64,000 nucleotides of DNA from Octopus bimaculoides (Eukaryota), in contig NC_068982.1 in assembly GCF_001194135.2 (NCBI RefSeq), forward strand, positions 32,837,701 to 32,901,700, given 5' to 3'. Both the position numbers and the translations under genes were made by a program. Below the pieces are notes generated by a model, which saw nothing but the letters and a program-made list of their open reading frames with translations, was not told where the DNA came from and ran no database searches. Shown here piece by piece: positions 1 to 13,040 of the stretch (the first letter of the stretch is position 1; each line of letters begins with the position of its first letter).

Positions 1-215
1 CGGAATTTGAACTCAGAACGTAACGACAAACGAAATGCTGCTAAGAATTTTGCCCGTCGTGCTAAAGATTCTGTCGACTCACGGCCTTAAGGTTCAAGAA
101 ATATTGATTTCCGAGTTAAGCACAAGGTCAACAATTTTTGAAGGGAGAAATGCCATCGACCCGAGTAATTGACTGGTATTTTAATCGAAAAGTTAAAAGG
201 CAAAGTTGAATGCCT
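1..215 (-). mobile_element. SINE family A fragment (tRNA-derived)
   Basis: Reverse complement matches the repeat body seen many times in the window (acgttctgagttcaaattccg; gtcgat...accagt). Confidence 0.7.
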
Positions 216-1603
216 TCGACGGTAACTCAAGAAGTAAGGAGCCGAAAGAAGTGCTGCAAAACATTTTTCCGGACACTCGATCCTACCAATCTACCACCCC
301 AGTGTTTAGAAATATTATATGTACTAATTGACCTTAACCCACCCATCCACCCAATAACTTATTTTTTACATAATTCAATACCATCTTTCAAGTCAACTCT
401 ATTCCCAGGGTTATATTTTCCTTTGCTTCATACCATAGGGAAATATATCTCTTCACCATATACATGCCAATAGTCACCCTCTCTCTGATAAGATATATTC
501 TATACTGTTGTAAACGGCTTTGTACCGACCATATTTCGTGTCTTTAAGCTTAAATATTTAATCTTATTTTTTCTACACCCTTCCACTTTCCGTGGAGATT
601 TGCTTTTTAAAAGCCTATATTGCATGTATCTATATTCAGTACTTCACGAACACGACATTATACCAATCTTCTTGTCATCAGTTCACTGCAATGCTCTCAG
701 TCATAATTCGTTCATTTCTTGTTGTTGTTGTTGTTATTGTTGATGGTGCTGTTGGATTATAAAATATTTGCTGTATTTGCGCTTTGCATGCAAAATAACA
801 AAAAATACCTAAATGCGTCTTGTCGTCAGCTTTATAAATAAACATTTCTCCAGAAAATGTCCATTTTTAGTTTTTCCCGTCACACAGATTTAGAATATAA
901 ATTAATAAACAAAAGAGTTTAACATACAGACATATCGTTACCACAACAAATGTTACATTTCACCATATTGTCAAAAGAGGCTCCGGTCAGGCTAGTTTAG
1001 TTTAAAAACTTTGAAACTTTCTTCACTTGCTATACATTACTTATTCTGAGCGTTTCTTGAAATTCTCAATTCTGCCATGTAATGAAATCAGCGAGTTAGT
1101 ATTTATTTTTACATTCATGTAAAACTTAATTACACTTTTTTTTTTTTTTTTTCACATTTCAACAAATTCAGAATTGCACACACACGTATACAAAACCTCC
1201 CACACGCTCGATGGGACACCAGAGAAAAACATGCACAAATTTACATAGCTATTTTTTTCGCTCAAGTGCTTACAGACACATATACATAGATTTGTGTTTA
1301 AGTATATGAATGTATGCATGTATGCATAATTATACAAGTAAAAGCAATAAAGCAATAAAGTAATAAACCCAATGAGTCATTTAATTAGTTCTTCGAGCTA
1401 AAGGCTCGCTGTCTTTGTGCTATTATTAGATATACATGCATATATGCATATGCATACGATATCATAAATTGCAGACGATATGTGCAAGAAGTAATGGGTA
1501 TGCAACCTGCAAATAATCACATGAAGTTATTACAATAAGTCCGGGTCCCCTCATCAAGAGTAGATTTGTAGATATGCTCACAATATATATGTGTGTGCGT
1601 ATA

Positions 1604-1651
<48 letters not shown>

Positions 1652-2368
1652 CATATATATACTAGCACTATAGCCGGCTCTGCTCGGGATTAAGTTAGGA
1701 TTACCTGAGTAATACCATCAATTGAGGCAAATTTGGCACCCGTACGTAAGTTTTGTAAGAGGAATAGAGAGGCCTATCTTCTCTCGCAGAGATGTGAGAG
1801 TCAGATCTCTCCTTTCGAAAACAGGAACAGTTTCGTTACATTGTTTACAAAATAATAGCTGATCGTTTGCGAAGGAGCGTGTCTCTTCACGCACGACCAG
1901 CTATATGTCGCTATGAGTAAAGCAACGGATTCAGCAAATTTGGAAATTAGTTGTGGAGAAACAGAGAATATCGTTTATATTGTGTATCACTCACTAAAAA
2001 GACGAAATTTTTAAAATGTTATCTCTCTCTCTATCTATCTATCTCTCTCTTTCTCTCTCTCGCTCTCTCTCTATCTATCTATCTCTCTCTGTATCTCTCT
2101 CTCGCTCTCTCTCTCTCTATCTCTCTCTCTCTTTACACCGTCGCTTGAAGGGAACTTAACTCATGTTTGCAAATGCTGGTGTATTTCTCCGACTTGAAAA
2201 TTGTTAGAAGTTATGGTTTAAAATTATTTTTAATGCAAAAATTCACCTGTTAGTAAGCAAAAAAAATAAATTAATTAATGGTTGATCCCGAGCATTTTCG
2301 GCCATGAGGAATCCATTGGTGCGACTCCCAGATTGCTATCTTGTAAGGTGTGGATTTCTATAGATGCA

Positions 2369-2400
<32 letters not shown>

Positions 2401-3937
2401 TCACAAACTCAGCTTTACAATATGTACTGATATATATATAAACTGCTTACCTAATTAAAAACTTTGCCTAACTTACGATCGTCGAATCTCCCTATTTGGA
2501 TCTGGAACGGTCATTGCAAAAATGGCCGCGGAAAACATGAGATCTACGCGGTTTGCTTTCGGGAGAGTAAATTTTAAAAACTGATCATGATAATAGTATT
2601 GTTTTGCATTTTTTTTTTTGGCTTTTTGTTTTTGTTTTTGTTTTTTTTTCCCCTTTGCTATACCTTCCCCTTACAATAAATTGATAATTGGTTTTATTTA
2701 CTCTCTCCTGAATGTCATAATTCGTAGAGTTCACTTTCTCCACGGGTATTTTTGCCATATTGGCACACATGTACCTGCTTCACACCACCCACCACTTTTC
2801 AGCCAAGTGTCATCATTCTTTTTCAGCCAAATCCAATGACTGGGCTCTCTGTTGCCCGATATAAATTATTATGTTTATATCTGTTACGATCGTCACTTTA
2901 AAACTTTCTAAATACTGTAACTATACATGATATTCTGCTCATAAGAAGAAAGCCTTTTTCTGATGATTTGTTGCTACAGAACTGCGTTGCTTCCTTGTTT
3001 ATTGGTTAAGCAATACTTTCCAGAGCGCACGTTTCAACGATCACGATGCCGTTTGTTTTGTATATATAAACGTTTTCAATGAATGCACTGCACCGAAAGT
3101 TAGTTGCTCTCAGCAGTATATGAGGCAACATTCAAAGGTTGTTTGATAGCTCGTAACCCCACCACTCTATCTCTATCTCTCTATCTCTATTTCTCTCTAT
3201 CTCTCTCTCACTCACTCTCTCTTGCAATTTTTCTCTCTTTCTCCCCCTCTCTCTCTCAACGATCTTGTTTTTTTCTATAATTGTTGTTTAATATATCTAT
3301 GATAATTAATAGTTTCTGGCCTTAAGTTTATGGCTCAGATCTCATCAAGCATTCATCGATCAACTGAAATACTGCATAAGGTGCAGGTGTAGCTGTGTGG
3401 TGAGAAGTTTGCTTCCCAACCACATGGCACCTTGGGCAAGTGTCTTCTACTGTAGCAACGTAGTTCTCCGCCGAAACAATTGTAGTGATTAAAAAATAAC
3501 TGTACAACCGTACTCCTTCTTGTTAACTCCAATTTCTTCAATTTTATATTCACACACGACGAATGCCCAAACTTAAACTTGGAAGTATATAATAATACAA
3601 CCGGATAGAACTGAGCAATACTGAAGGTGGATGAACTTTATACTGTACTCTACCACGTTCCTAATGGAATATATCATAACTATATGTGTGTGTATGTGTG
3701 TGTATGTGTGTGTATCTGTGTGCGTTTATGTGTGCGCATTTATGTGTGTGCTTATGTGTGTGGTCTGTGTTTATCCCCCCGCCATTGCTTGACAACTGAT
3801 GGTGGTGTATTTATGTCCCTATAACTTAGCGAATTGACAAAAGAAATCGATAGAATAAGTACTAGGCTTACAAAGTATAAATCGTGGTGTCAATATCTTC
3901 GACTAAAAATGACTGAAACAAAGGAATAACAGAACAT

Positions 3938-4371
3938 GCGCAGGATTGGCTGTGTGGTAAGTAGCTTGCTTACCAACCACATGGTTCTGGGTTCAGTCCC
4001 ACTGCGTGACACCTTGTCTTCTACTATAGCCTCGGGCTGATCAAAGCCTTGTGAGTGGATTTGGTAGACGGAAACTGAAAGAGGCCCGTCGTATATATAT
4101 ATATATATATATATATATATNNNNNNNNNNNNNNNNNNNNNNNNNNNNNNNNNNTGTGTGTGTTTGTGTGTTTGTGCTTGTCCCCCTAGCATTGCTTGAC
4201 AACCGATGCTGGTGTGTTTATGTCCCCGTCACTTAGCGTTTCGTCAAAAAGTGACCGATAGAATAAGTACTAGGCTTCCCAAGAATAAGTCCTGGGGTCG
4301 ATTTCCTCGACTAAAGGCGGTGCTCCAGCATGGCCAGAGTCAAATGACTGAAACAAGTAAAAGAGTAAAAG
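3938..4371 (+). mobile_element. SINE family B, near full length, with internal (TA)n/(TG)n microsatellite
   Basis: tRNA-like head (tggctgtgtggta A-box, ggttcagtcc B-box), CORE-like block (caccttgggcaagtgtctt in the 3425-3446 copy), internal microsatellite and gap, then conserved tail ...cgactaaaggcggtgctccagcatggcc...gactgaaacaagtaaaaga. Confidence 0.8.
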
Positions 4372-5622
4372 TGTATATATGAATTTTGTCGTGGCCGAAG
4401 ATCATGAGGAAACGCGACTCGTCCTTAAGTTGCTACGTAAACCGATCCTTCACGCGGCAGGGCTTTTCTTCCTGACTGCGCTTAGTGGTTTTAAATTGAG
4501 TGTCAGTCTGCACAATCTGATCCTACTCTTTAGATTTGCAAGTCTGAATACGGTAGATCAGTGGACTAAGATGGCTGACCAGCAAGATATAGGTTTTACA
4601 TTGGAGTGACCTTCTTTTCGGCGAATTGCCTTATAGGGCTGGCGAGCTCGACCAACCGTGCAGTTGTAGGAAAGGTGTCAAAGTGGGTACTGGACCTCCT
4701 GAAAAACTCCACTATTTGATTTACTTTGAAGTTGACACCCCTAACATCTTCCTTTCTCAAGGAACTCGCAAAGCAGTGGATTTGTCCTCGAATACTGACA
4801 GAGTGGTCACGTAGTAATGGACCACTGATTTATCTTATGCAGAAGAGACCAGGAACCTTGTTTTTGATTTTAGTATTATATTTTTTCACTACGTGTTCTT
4901 ATTATAGATGCCATTATTGGATATATTTCTGTGCATTGCAAGGATCTTGTAGCATCTATAGTCCGATATCGTAAAAATAGTCACAGTATTGATAGATATC
5001 ACGTTAGAATGGCTTATATATTTTCCTCGTTATAAAATCAGATAGAGATCATTGCATCCAGCAAATTTTTTCCTTATATTCTCGAAGTATCATGTGACAC
5101 GACGAGGCTATTCTCATCATTCATATTTTTGACATAAACTTTCAGAAAATCCAGAGATTTTAGTATGCCGGTCAAAATGCTGAACGGCATGTATCAAGTA
5201 GGTATTTCTTCTGAACCAAGCACATAACCTTCATTTATTGCCACCTTGAAATGTATCGCTACGACTGTTCATTTGATCATAGACAAATAAGTCCGTTAAC
5301 TTAGTTTGAAGTCATCTTACTCTGGTTTCTCGCTGAATATTTATCCCTCTATACAAAGTGTGTTATGCTTGCAGAAGTGTAAGTCGCTATAATCGAATAA
5401 TGTTCAGATGTCACATTAATGACACAACTATCATTAACATCTGACAACATGAAGCAGTCATATATTCTTATAAGTATATCTATCTTAATATATGTACTGT
5501 TGTATGTATGTACGTACGTAACTGTTTTTATATACGTATGTATATGTGTGTGTGTGTGTATGTGTGTGCGTATGCGTATGTATATACATATAGTCAGATA
5601 GATATAGATATATGCATAAATA

Positions 5623-5670
<48 letters not shown>

Positions 5671-6297
5671 CACACATTTACATATATAGCGAGAGAATGG
5701 GGGAGAGACAAAAAGAGAACGAGATATACATACATAGGCAGACAGACAGGTGCGTGTGTGTCTTTATGTATGTATGTATGTATGTATGAGTGTAAGCATG
5801 TATGTAGTCATACATGCAAGTGTAAATAGTTTTGTATGCAGAAAACATTGGTTGCAGACTTAGTTCTTTTTCTTTGCTTTTTTTTTTGTCAGAATTTACG
5901 ACATGCAGCAAATATTCTTTGTATACAAATGTCAACTTGAATTACCAACTTCCATATTTAAAAATAGTTTTGTATAGCTTTACTAGTGCAGCATTTTTTT
6001 CATATATATATTCATGTATATATTTTATGTTTTTTTTCTTTTTGCTAAAATCCTTACCAATGTTGATTTTTCAAGTAAACAATTATAATTATATTGATAT
6101 TAATAACAAACATAAAAACAGCAATCTATCCTAATGGTAAAAAGAATGCTATGCATAGTTTCAGATGTCATTTCTATAAGCATAATTCGAAGTAAACCAG
6201 GTACATAAAAGATTGCTGTTCCTCAGGTATATAACACATGCAAATAAAGTTCTTCAGATGCTGTTCTAAATTTACTACATAATTTCCTAATCTTGAA

Positions 6298-7040
6298 GGC
6301 AGCGAGCTGCAAAATTGTTAGTATGCCGGACAAAATGTTGAACACCATTTTGTTGGTCTTTACGTTCTGAGTTCAAATTTTGCAGCAGTGGACTTTGCCT
6401 TTTATCATTTCGGAGTCGATAAATTAAATGCCTGTTGCGTACTGGGGTCGATCTAATTGACTAGACCCCTCCCCCAAAATTTCGGGCCTTGTGCCTAGAG
6501 TAGAAAAGAATATAACATACAAGAAGGCGACGAGCTGGCAGAAACGTTAGCACGCCGGGCGAAATGCTTAGCGGTATTTCGTCTGCCGTTACGTTCTGAG
6601 TTCAAATTCCGCCGAGGTCGACTTTGCCTTTCATCCTTCCGGGGGTCGATAAATTAAGTACCAGTTACGCACTGGAGTCGATGTAATCGACTTAATCTCT
6701 TTGTCTGTCCTTATTTGTCCCCTCTCTGTTTGGCCCCTTGTGGGCAATAAAGAAATAAGAAACGTTAGCACGCCGGGCGAAATGCTTAGCGGTATTTCGT
6801 CGTTTTTTGTGTTCTGAGCTCAAATTCCGCTCTGGGGTCGATGCAATCAAATTCCCCTCCCTTGAAAATTGTTGGACTTGTACCAAAAATTTAAAAGAAT
6901 TTGAGTTCAAATTCCACCAATGTCGACTTTTATCCTTTTGGGCTCAATAAAAGAATTATTAGTTGAACACTGTGGTCTATATAATTGACTTGCTCCCTTC
7001 ATTTAAAATTTCAGACCTTGTGCCTATCGTAGGAAGAATT
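6298..7040 (+). mobile_element. Head-to-tail cluster of SINE family A copies (best copy 6526-6759)
   Basis: Repeated gagctggcagaaacgttagcacgccgggcgaaatgcttagcggtatttcg...gagttcaaattcc (A-box and B-box) at about 6298, 6526 and 6760, plus a partial copy at about 6900. Confidence 0.85.
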
Positions 7041-7457
7041 ATTTCATGTTTTAAAATTCAAATATTTTCCCAAATTACTTTTCTGTACTCCTCTACTTTG
7101 TACATATTACAATTACAGAAGGACGATCGTGATTTTATTATTTCTGATTTCTTTGATATAATATTTTATTGTTTATGTGTGTGTGTGTCTGTGTATATGT
7201 CTCTACTTATCTATCTGTTAATTCATCGAAGTATACATACACAAGCATCTCAAAAGGAAATAGCCACAATAATTTTTGGAACATATATCTCTAGAAAAAA
7301 ATATCACTCGAAGCATTTAAATATTTAATCTAGTATTTAGTAGACATACCCGAACCCGTTTGGGTATCGTATTAACGAGTCGTGTCCCCGCAGAGGAAAC
7401 TTTGTAAAAGGGTGTCTTTTTATTTTGGAGATGTCTGTGCGTATGTTTGGTAGTGTA

Positions 7458-7678
7458 TACGAGTGGGTACTGAAAAGTTCTTGGCTTTAAGGGTGTCGCG
7501 AAAGGCCTGGCTGGAGGTCCAAACTTCTGAGTTCTTTTACAGGGCTTAGAAAAACCGAAGGACCGCTGCAATAAGTGTGTGAGTCTGAGGGGAGAATATG
7601 TTGAATAAAATCATAATAAACTGATTCTCCGGTATTTTCTTTTACCCAAAGCCAGGAACATCCCTGCACCAATGCGTA
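7458..7678 (+). mobile_element. mariner-derived MITE with TA target duplication
   Basis: TA-cgagtgggtactgaaaagttc...aaagccaggaacatccctgcaccaatgcg-TA. The interior retains the mariner C-terminus (DRCNKCVSLRGEYVE*). Confidence 0.8.
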
Positions 7679-8388
7679 TGTATATATGCATACTTCCATG
7701 TGTGTATGTAGCACTTATGTTGTTCTATAGATTGTAACTTTTAGAACTTATCATTTCAACGTCCATCTTCAACGAATCATTCCTAGTTTCTTGATAACTT
7801 TTACCTTCCCTTTCCCTCACTTCTTTATCATCTCTTCATAATGTCCCGTTACCCGTTGACATCCTACCTAGATCTATTCTGCCGATTTAGCTCCCTCCCA
7901 TTCCTAAGTCTTCCGCTCTATCTTTTGTATCTTTTGTTTTTTCTCACATGTTGAAACATATTTATGTAACACTATCAGAAAACATGAAATCTTTTCCGAT
8001 AGTGTTACATAAATATGTTACAGGGCAGGGAAATAGAACCCTGTCTGAACCGTTAGGATTCCTGCCTCTTTCACGGCATACAGATTTATTCGTTTCGCAA
8101 TCAGCAGAGGAAGCATCTACGCAACATGCTAGAAATAGCAGCCCAAATCTCTCAACTTCCACTTTTACCGTCTTAATAAAGAAATGAAAATAGATGAAAG
8201 ACACATTAGAAAACATCTATGATATACGAAATCACAGCCAGAAAGACAGCATATAGTTCTTTTTAATCAGACTAAACTCAGAGTTAAAAAATAACTTGCT
8301 GTGCAAACTTCACTATGGCTTTTAACTGACACAGTCTACCAGTAGTTTTTCCTGGCTCTGTTTTTATTTCTATTGTCTTAGAGAAGCA

Positions 8389-8608
8389 TACGATGGGGAG
8401 CTGAAAAGTTCCTAGCTTTTGGTAAAAGAAAATACAGGAGAATCAGTTAACTATGATTTTATTCAACATATTCTACTCTCCGATTCACACACTATTGCAG
8501 CGGTCCAACAGTTTTTCTAAACCCTGTAAAAGAACTCAAAAGGTTTGGTCTCTATTCAGGCCTTCCGCGACACCCTTAAAGTCAGAAACTTTTCAGCAAC
8601 CCCTCGTA
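8389..8608 (-). mobile_element. Second copy of the same mariner MITE, opposite orientation
   Basis: TA-cgatggggagctgaaaagttcc...aacttttcagcaacccctcg-TA; interior is the reverse complement of 7458-7678. Confidence 0.8.
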
Positions 8609-8968
8609 CTCTTAGAAATAAAACAGAAAGTTAAAATACTTATGTCTTTTAGATATATTTCTTTTCTATTAGCCGAGGTCCTCAGAAATACTACTATGCA
8701 TTATAGAAAAATTAAGAACTTTGTATTACAAACAATGAATTAAGGTTTCTGTATATTATCATGGAATAGTCTTGTCCACTTGTTGGCATTCCAAAGACTC
8801 GCGACAAAAGGAAACATTCTTGATTTTGCCGTGTGTTGCTTCGATTAAGAGACACTCAGGGTTCCCGACTCTTGAAGTACGAACATAAAATTGAACGTGT
8901 TAAAACGCAGGGTGAATCAGTTTCAACCAAGCAGATTTTGATGATAGTCTTTCAGATTTATTAATCAT

Positions 8969-9375
8969 GGCGCAAATATGGCTGCGTGGTTAAGAAGCTT
9001 GTTTTGCAACAACGGGATTTCGGGTTCAGTCTCATTATGAGGAACCTTCGGTAAGTATCTTCCGCTATATTCCCTTACCATCCAATGCCTTGTAAGTGAA
9101 CTTGGTAGACGGAAGCTATGTAGAAGCCCGTCGAATACATGCATGCATGTGTGTGAGTGTGCATCTTTATGTTTGTGCTAGTCCTCCATCACTGCTTGGC
9201 AACCGCTGTTTGTTTGTTTACGGTCTCGTAAGCTAGCGTTCGGCATAGGAAAATATGTTAGAATAAGTACTGGACTTAAAATTAAGCATTGGAGACCATA
9301 TTCGACTAAACACTCTAAGATGGGTCTATAACATGACTATAGTTCAATGATTGAAATAAATAAAATATAAAAGAT
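8969..9375 (+). mobile_element. SINE family B, diverged copy
   Basis: ggcgcaaatatggctgcgtggttaagaagc...gggttcagtctc...ggtagacggaa...tagaataagtac. Confidence 0.7.
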
Positions 9376-9465
9376 GATGAAACAGTCTCTGACAAAAAAT
9401 GTGAAGCCTCTGAAATTCAAATGACTAAATAGCTGGCTTTAGTGGTATTCTAGTAATGGGGAATA

Positions 9466-9705
9466 CGCGTGGCTTAACGGTTAGGGTATTCGACTCACGT
9501 TAGGTCATGAGTTCGATTCCCAGCAGCGTGTTATGCCTCTTGAGCAAGACACTTTATTTCACATTACACCAGTCCACTTAGCTGGTAAAAATGAGTAGTA
9601 CCTGTAATTCAAAGGGCCAGCCTTGTCAAATTCTGTGCTACGCTGAGTCTCCTTGAGAACTACGTTAAGAGTGTGAATGTTTGTAGAATACTCAGTCACT
9701 TTCAT
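9466..9705 (+). mobile_element. SINE family C (tRNA-Val-like head, CORE-like block)
   Basis: cgcgtggcttaacggttagggtattcgactcac...gagttcgattcc...ttgagcaagacactttatttcac; same family as 42075-42383. Confidence 0.75.
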
Positions 9706-10079
9706 CTTAACAGAATATGCCACTCGGTCCGAGAATCGAACCAACGATCACGCGATCGAAAGTGCGAGATCCTAACTACTAGGCCACGATCCCACACCCG
9801 CTCATAATGATAGGACACATTTTAAACGCAAGTAACGGAGACTGGAACAAGTAGATTTGTTAAGCAAACTTATTAACCAATTACGCAATAAAATGGATCA
9901 CATCATTGTGACCCTGTATATATTATGACCCTGCTTAGCTATAGCCATGCAAATACCCATTTGTTACTTATACTTTAAAGAATTAGTAACATCCGGCAGT
10001 GAAGAGGCGGGAGTTGACTGACTCTAATATGTCTGGAATTGTCCGGACTCTCATATAAATCAGCAGATACACAAAGTAA

Positions 10080-10510
10080 TATTGGTTTCAATTCTTAGCA
10101 CAAAGCCAGCAATTTCAGTGTAGAGTTAAGCCGATTACATCGACCCCAGTCCTCGACTAGTGCTTATTTTTCGACTCTGAAGGGATGAAAGGCCAAGTTG
10201 ACCTGGTTGGAATTTGAATTCAGAACGTAAAGTCGGACGAAATGCCGCTAAGCATTTTACCCAACATGCTAACGATTCAGGCAACTCGTCGCTCTAGTAC
10301 AGAATGTAATATTCCTTTCTACTGTAGGCTCAAGGCCTGAAATTTTCGGAGAGGTCGTTAAGTTGATTACAACGACCCCAATGGTTGACTGGTACTTAGT
10401 TTATCGACCCCGAAAGGCAAAGTCGGTCTCGGAGAAATTTGAGCTCAGAATGTAAAGACGGGCGAAATGCTGCTAAGCATTTTGCCCGTTGTGCTAACGA
10501 TTCTGCCAAC
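10080..10510 (-). mobile_element. Two tandem SINE family A copies
   Basis: Reverse-complement family A bodies (gaatttgaattcagaacgtaaag...gaaatgccgctaagcatttt) at about 10080-10290 and 10320-10510. Confidence 0.75.
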
Positions 10511-11669
10511 TGACATGACTGTGGGACTAAGCAGCTAGGACAGAAGGTAAAATTATTTAATGAATGAATAAAGTGCAGAATTTAAGTATTCATTCTCATT
10601 AGCCTACAGCTGTTTTCTAGAGTTGAGTACCAGTGCGGCGAATTATAGCTTTCTCAGAGCTATTTCATACACGGTAACTATTTTCGATAACAGTTTCCAA
10701 CCGTGAGAAGTAAAATAGATAGCTATATATTCTATAGGCTCCGTGATAACAGTCTATTTGACTTGAAATATGTGTTACAAGACATACTGTCAACAATATC
10801 TGTTCAGAAGACTCAAAATTTACGTTGAAGTGCTAACTAGTGACTTTTCAGCAAAAACGGCCACACCTTCTATCTCTAGTTCTTACATCACATCAAAACA
10901 TCCCATCTTTTTCAGTAATCATCATGTTGTTAAACAGTACTTATTTCGGTATGTTTATCCCCAAACTTTTCGTCTCTTTTTCTATTTGAATAATGTTTTG
11001 GCTGTATAATTTAGGGAAACAGTTCATCAAAAATATTCAATTACTTAAAGTAATATCTTTTTTCTCGGGAGTTCCCTTCTACTCAGATTTCATTACACTT
11101 TCCCATTAGTCTTCAATGTCAAAACAGACTCCTTAGGTGTAGCCATTTTAATAAGAACTTTCTAAATATATGACTCTGCTAAGTTGCATGCATCGTGTAA
11201 TTACTTAGTACAGAAAGATGTACTTTCTCTAGTCTAGGATATTGAGAATGGGTGTTTTCGAAAGAGATTAAAAAGCGTTTTAACCCCACCCAACTAAAAT
11301 GCAGATGATTATTTTAAAAGAAGAAACCAACGAGGGAATCTCTACTTGGGCACTCAGACGTCTAAAAATAGCAATCAAACTTCGTGGCAATATACTTCCC
11401 TTAAATTATATTCTGTCATCTTTAAAGAAATTTAAGGACTCGTAAGGATAGAATGTATTGCTTAGGTAGATAAAGGGCCTGAACAAAAAATATAATAATC
11501 CTTTCTATTTGTAAACACAACGCCTAATTTTTTTTTCTTTTGCAGACGCTACAATCGACTTCAATATTCAACTGGTACTTATTTTATCAACACCGAAAGA
11601 ATAAATCTAGAAGAAATGCTGTCAAGCATTTCGTCCGGCATGCTAATGATTCTGCCGTTTTTCCACTTT

Positions 11670-12535
11670 AGTCAGCTCCAACTTGTATCCGAGCATTGGG
11701 TTCGACAGCTTCCATCCAGTCTCCTCGGCTGTTGTTTGTGCCGAAAGTGTCTCTGGAGTCCAAGTCGGTGGTGAAAGAGAGGTGGGCAGAACTCGCACGG
11801 GATGGTCGGTGTAGGACGAGGNNNNNNNNNNCTCGGCTGTTGTTTGTGCCGAAAGTGTCTCTGGAGTCCAAGTCGGTGGTGAAAGAGAGGTGGGCAGAAC
11901 TCGCACGGGATGGTCGGTGTAGGACGAGGATGTTGAAGACGCTCCTTTCTTCTTTTGCCTTTTACCTCCTCATTCTGTTGTCTGTTCTGCTCGAAGGAGC
12001 TGGCTCCATTGCAGATAGCAGTCCTCCAGGCTGTCCTATCCATGGCAATCTGTTCCCATTAGGATGGCTGGATGTTAGCTTGAACCAAGGTCCGTTTGAG
12101 CTGGTTTTAAAACGGAATTTCGGACCTACTCTGGGCCTTGTTCCGATTGCAAGTTCTCCGCAGAGCATGATCATTGGGAGACGGGAGGGCTCCATACACT
12201 GGACGTGACCTGTCCAGCGGAGACGATGGTGGCTTTGACATTTGGCAGTGAGGCACGACGAAGAACCTCATTGTTGGTAACGTGATCTTCTCATTGTATG
12301 TTGAGGATCTGCCGTAGCTTCGATTGCTGGAAGCATTCAAGGCGCTTGAAGTAACGGCGGTAAAACGTCCAAGTCTTACAAGCGTAGAGTAGAGTTGACA
12401 GGACAATGGCACGGAAGACCATGATCTTTGTCCAGACGCTCAGCGCGTGAAGAATACATTTTGGCTAAGTCTGCCGAAGGCAGAGTGGGCCGCACTAATC
12501 CGGTTCTCCACGTCCTTGTCGTGGTGGAAGAGCTT
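11670..12535 (-). mobile_element. RTE-clade LINE, 5'-truncated, 3' end of the reverse-transcriptase ORF (pseudogenised)
   Basis: Minus-strand translation: DKDVENRISAAHSAFGRL...AIVLSTLL...HHRLRWTGHVQCMEPSRLPMIMLCGELAIGTRPRVGPKFRFK...MDRTAWRTAICNGASSF...CEFCPPLFHHRLGLQRH. This is the typical RTE C-terminus ending in a C2H2-like motif, with several frameshifts. Confidence 0.9.
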
Positions 12536-12536
<1 letters not shown>

Positions 12537-12587
<51 letters not shown>

Positions 12588-12652
12588 AACAACTACTACT
12601 ACTACTACTACTACCACTACCACCACCACCACTACTACTACTACTACTACTG

Positions 12653-12688
<36 letters not shown>

Positions 12689-12712
12689 ATAATAATAATA
12701 ATAATAATAATG

Positions 12713-12765
<53 letters not shown>
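12537..12765. repeat. Compound trinucleotide microsatellite (CTA)n-(CAC)n-(AAT)n
   Basis: Directly visible; source of the poly-L/Y/V/I ORFs in the track. Confidence 0.97.
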
Positions 12766-12767
<2 letters not shown>

Positions 12768-12906
12768 CAAAAAAGGAAGAACAACAACAACAACACCAAC
12801 AACTACATGACAATGATTAAAGTTGGATCATCTTTGATCATAGAACAGCTTGATCAGGATTGATGTGGAGACTAAGCAAACAGGATGTCTAAGATAAGCT
12901 GAGGTC

Positions 12907-12957
<51 letters not shown>

Positions 12958-13040
12958 TATATNNNNNNNNNNTATATATATATATATATAAACAATATAT
13001 GAGTATATGCATATATATGTACATGTATGTATATACGTTC

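Noticed and set aside
4380-4860. GC-richer non-SINE segment; minus-strand frame LRDHSVSIRG...NQIVEFF...PIRQFA faintly like an L1/Tx1 endonuclease-RT linker
   Set aside because: Similarity is too weak to call by eye; needs tBLASTx or an HMM search against LINE ORF2.
8020-8190. Frame DSCLFHGIQIYSFRNQQRKHLRNMLEIAAQISQLPL faintly like an L2/Rex-Babar RT C-terminus
   Set aside because: Short, with no diagnostic motif fully matched.
11724-11929. Exact 98-bp direct repeat (11724-11821, 11832-11929) in the RTE fragment
   Set aside because: Identical copies flanking a 10-N gap, typical of unmerged contig overlap.
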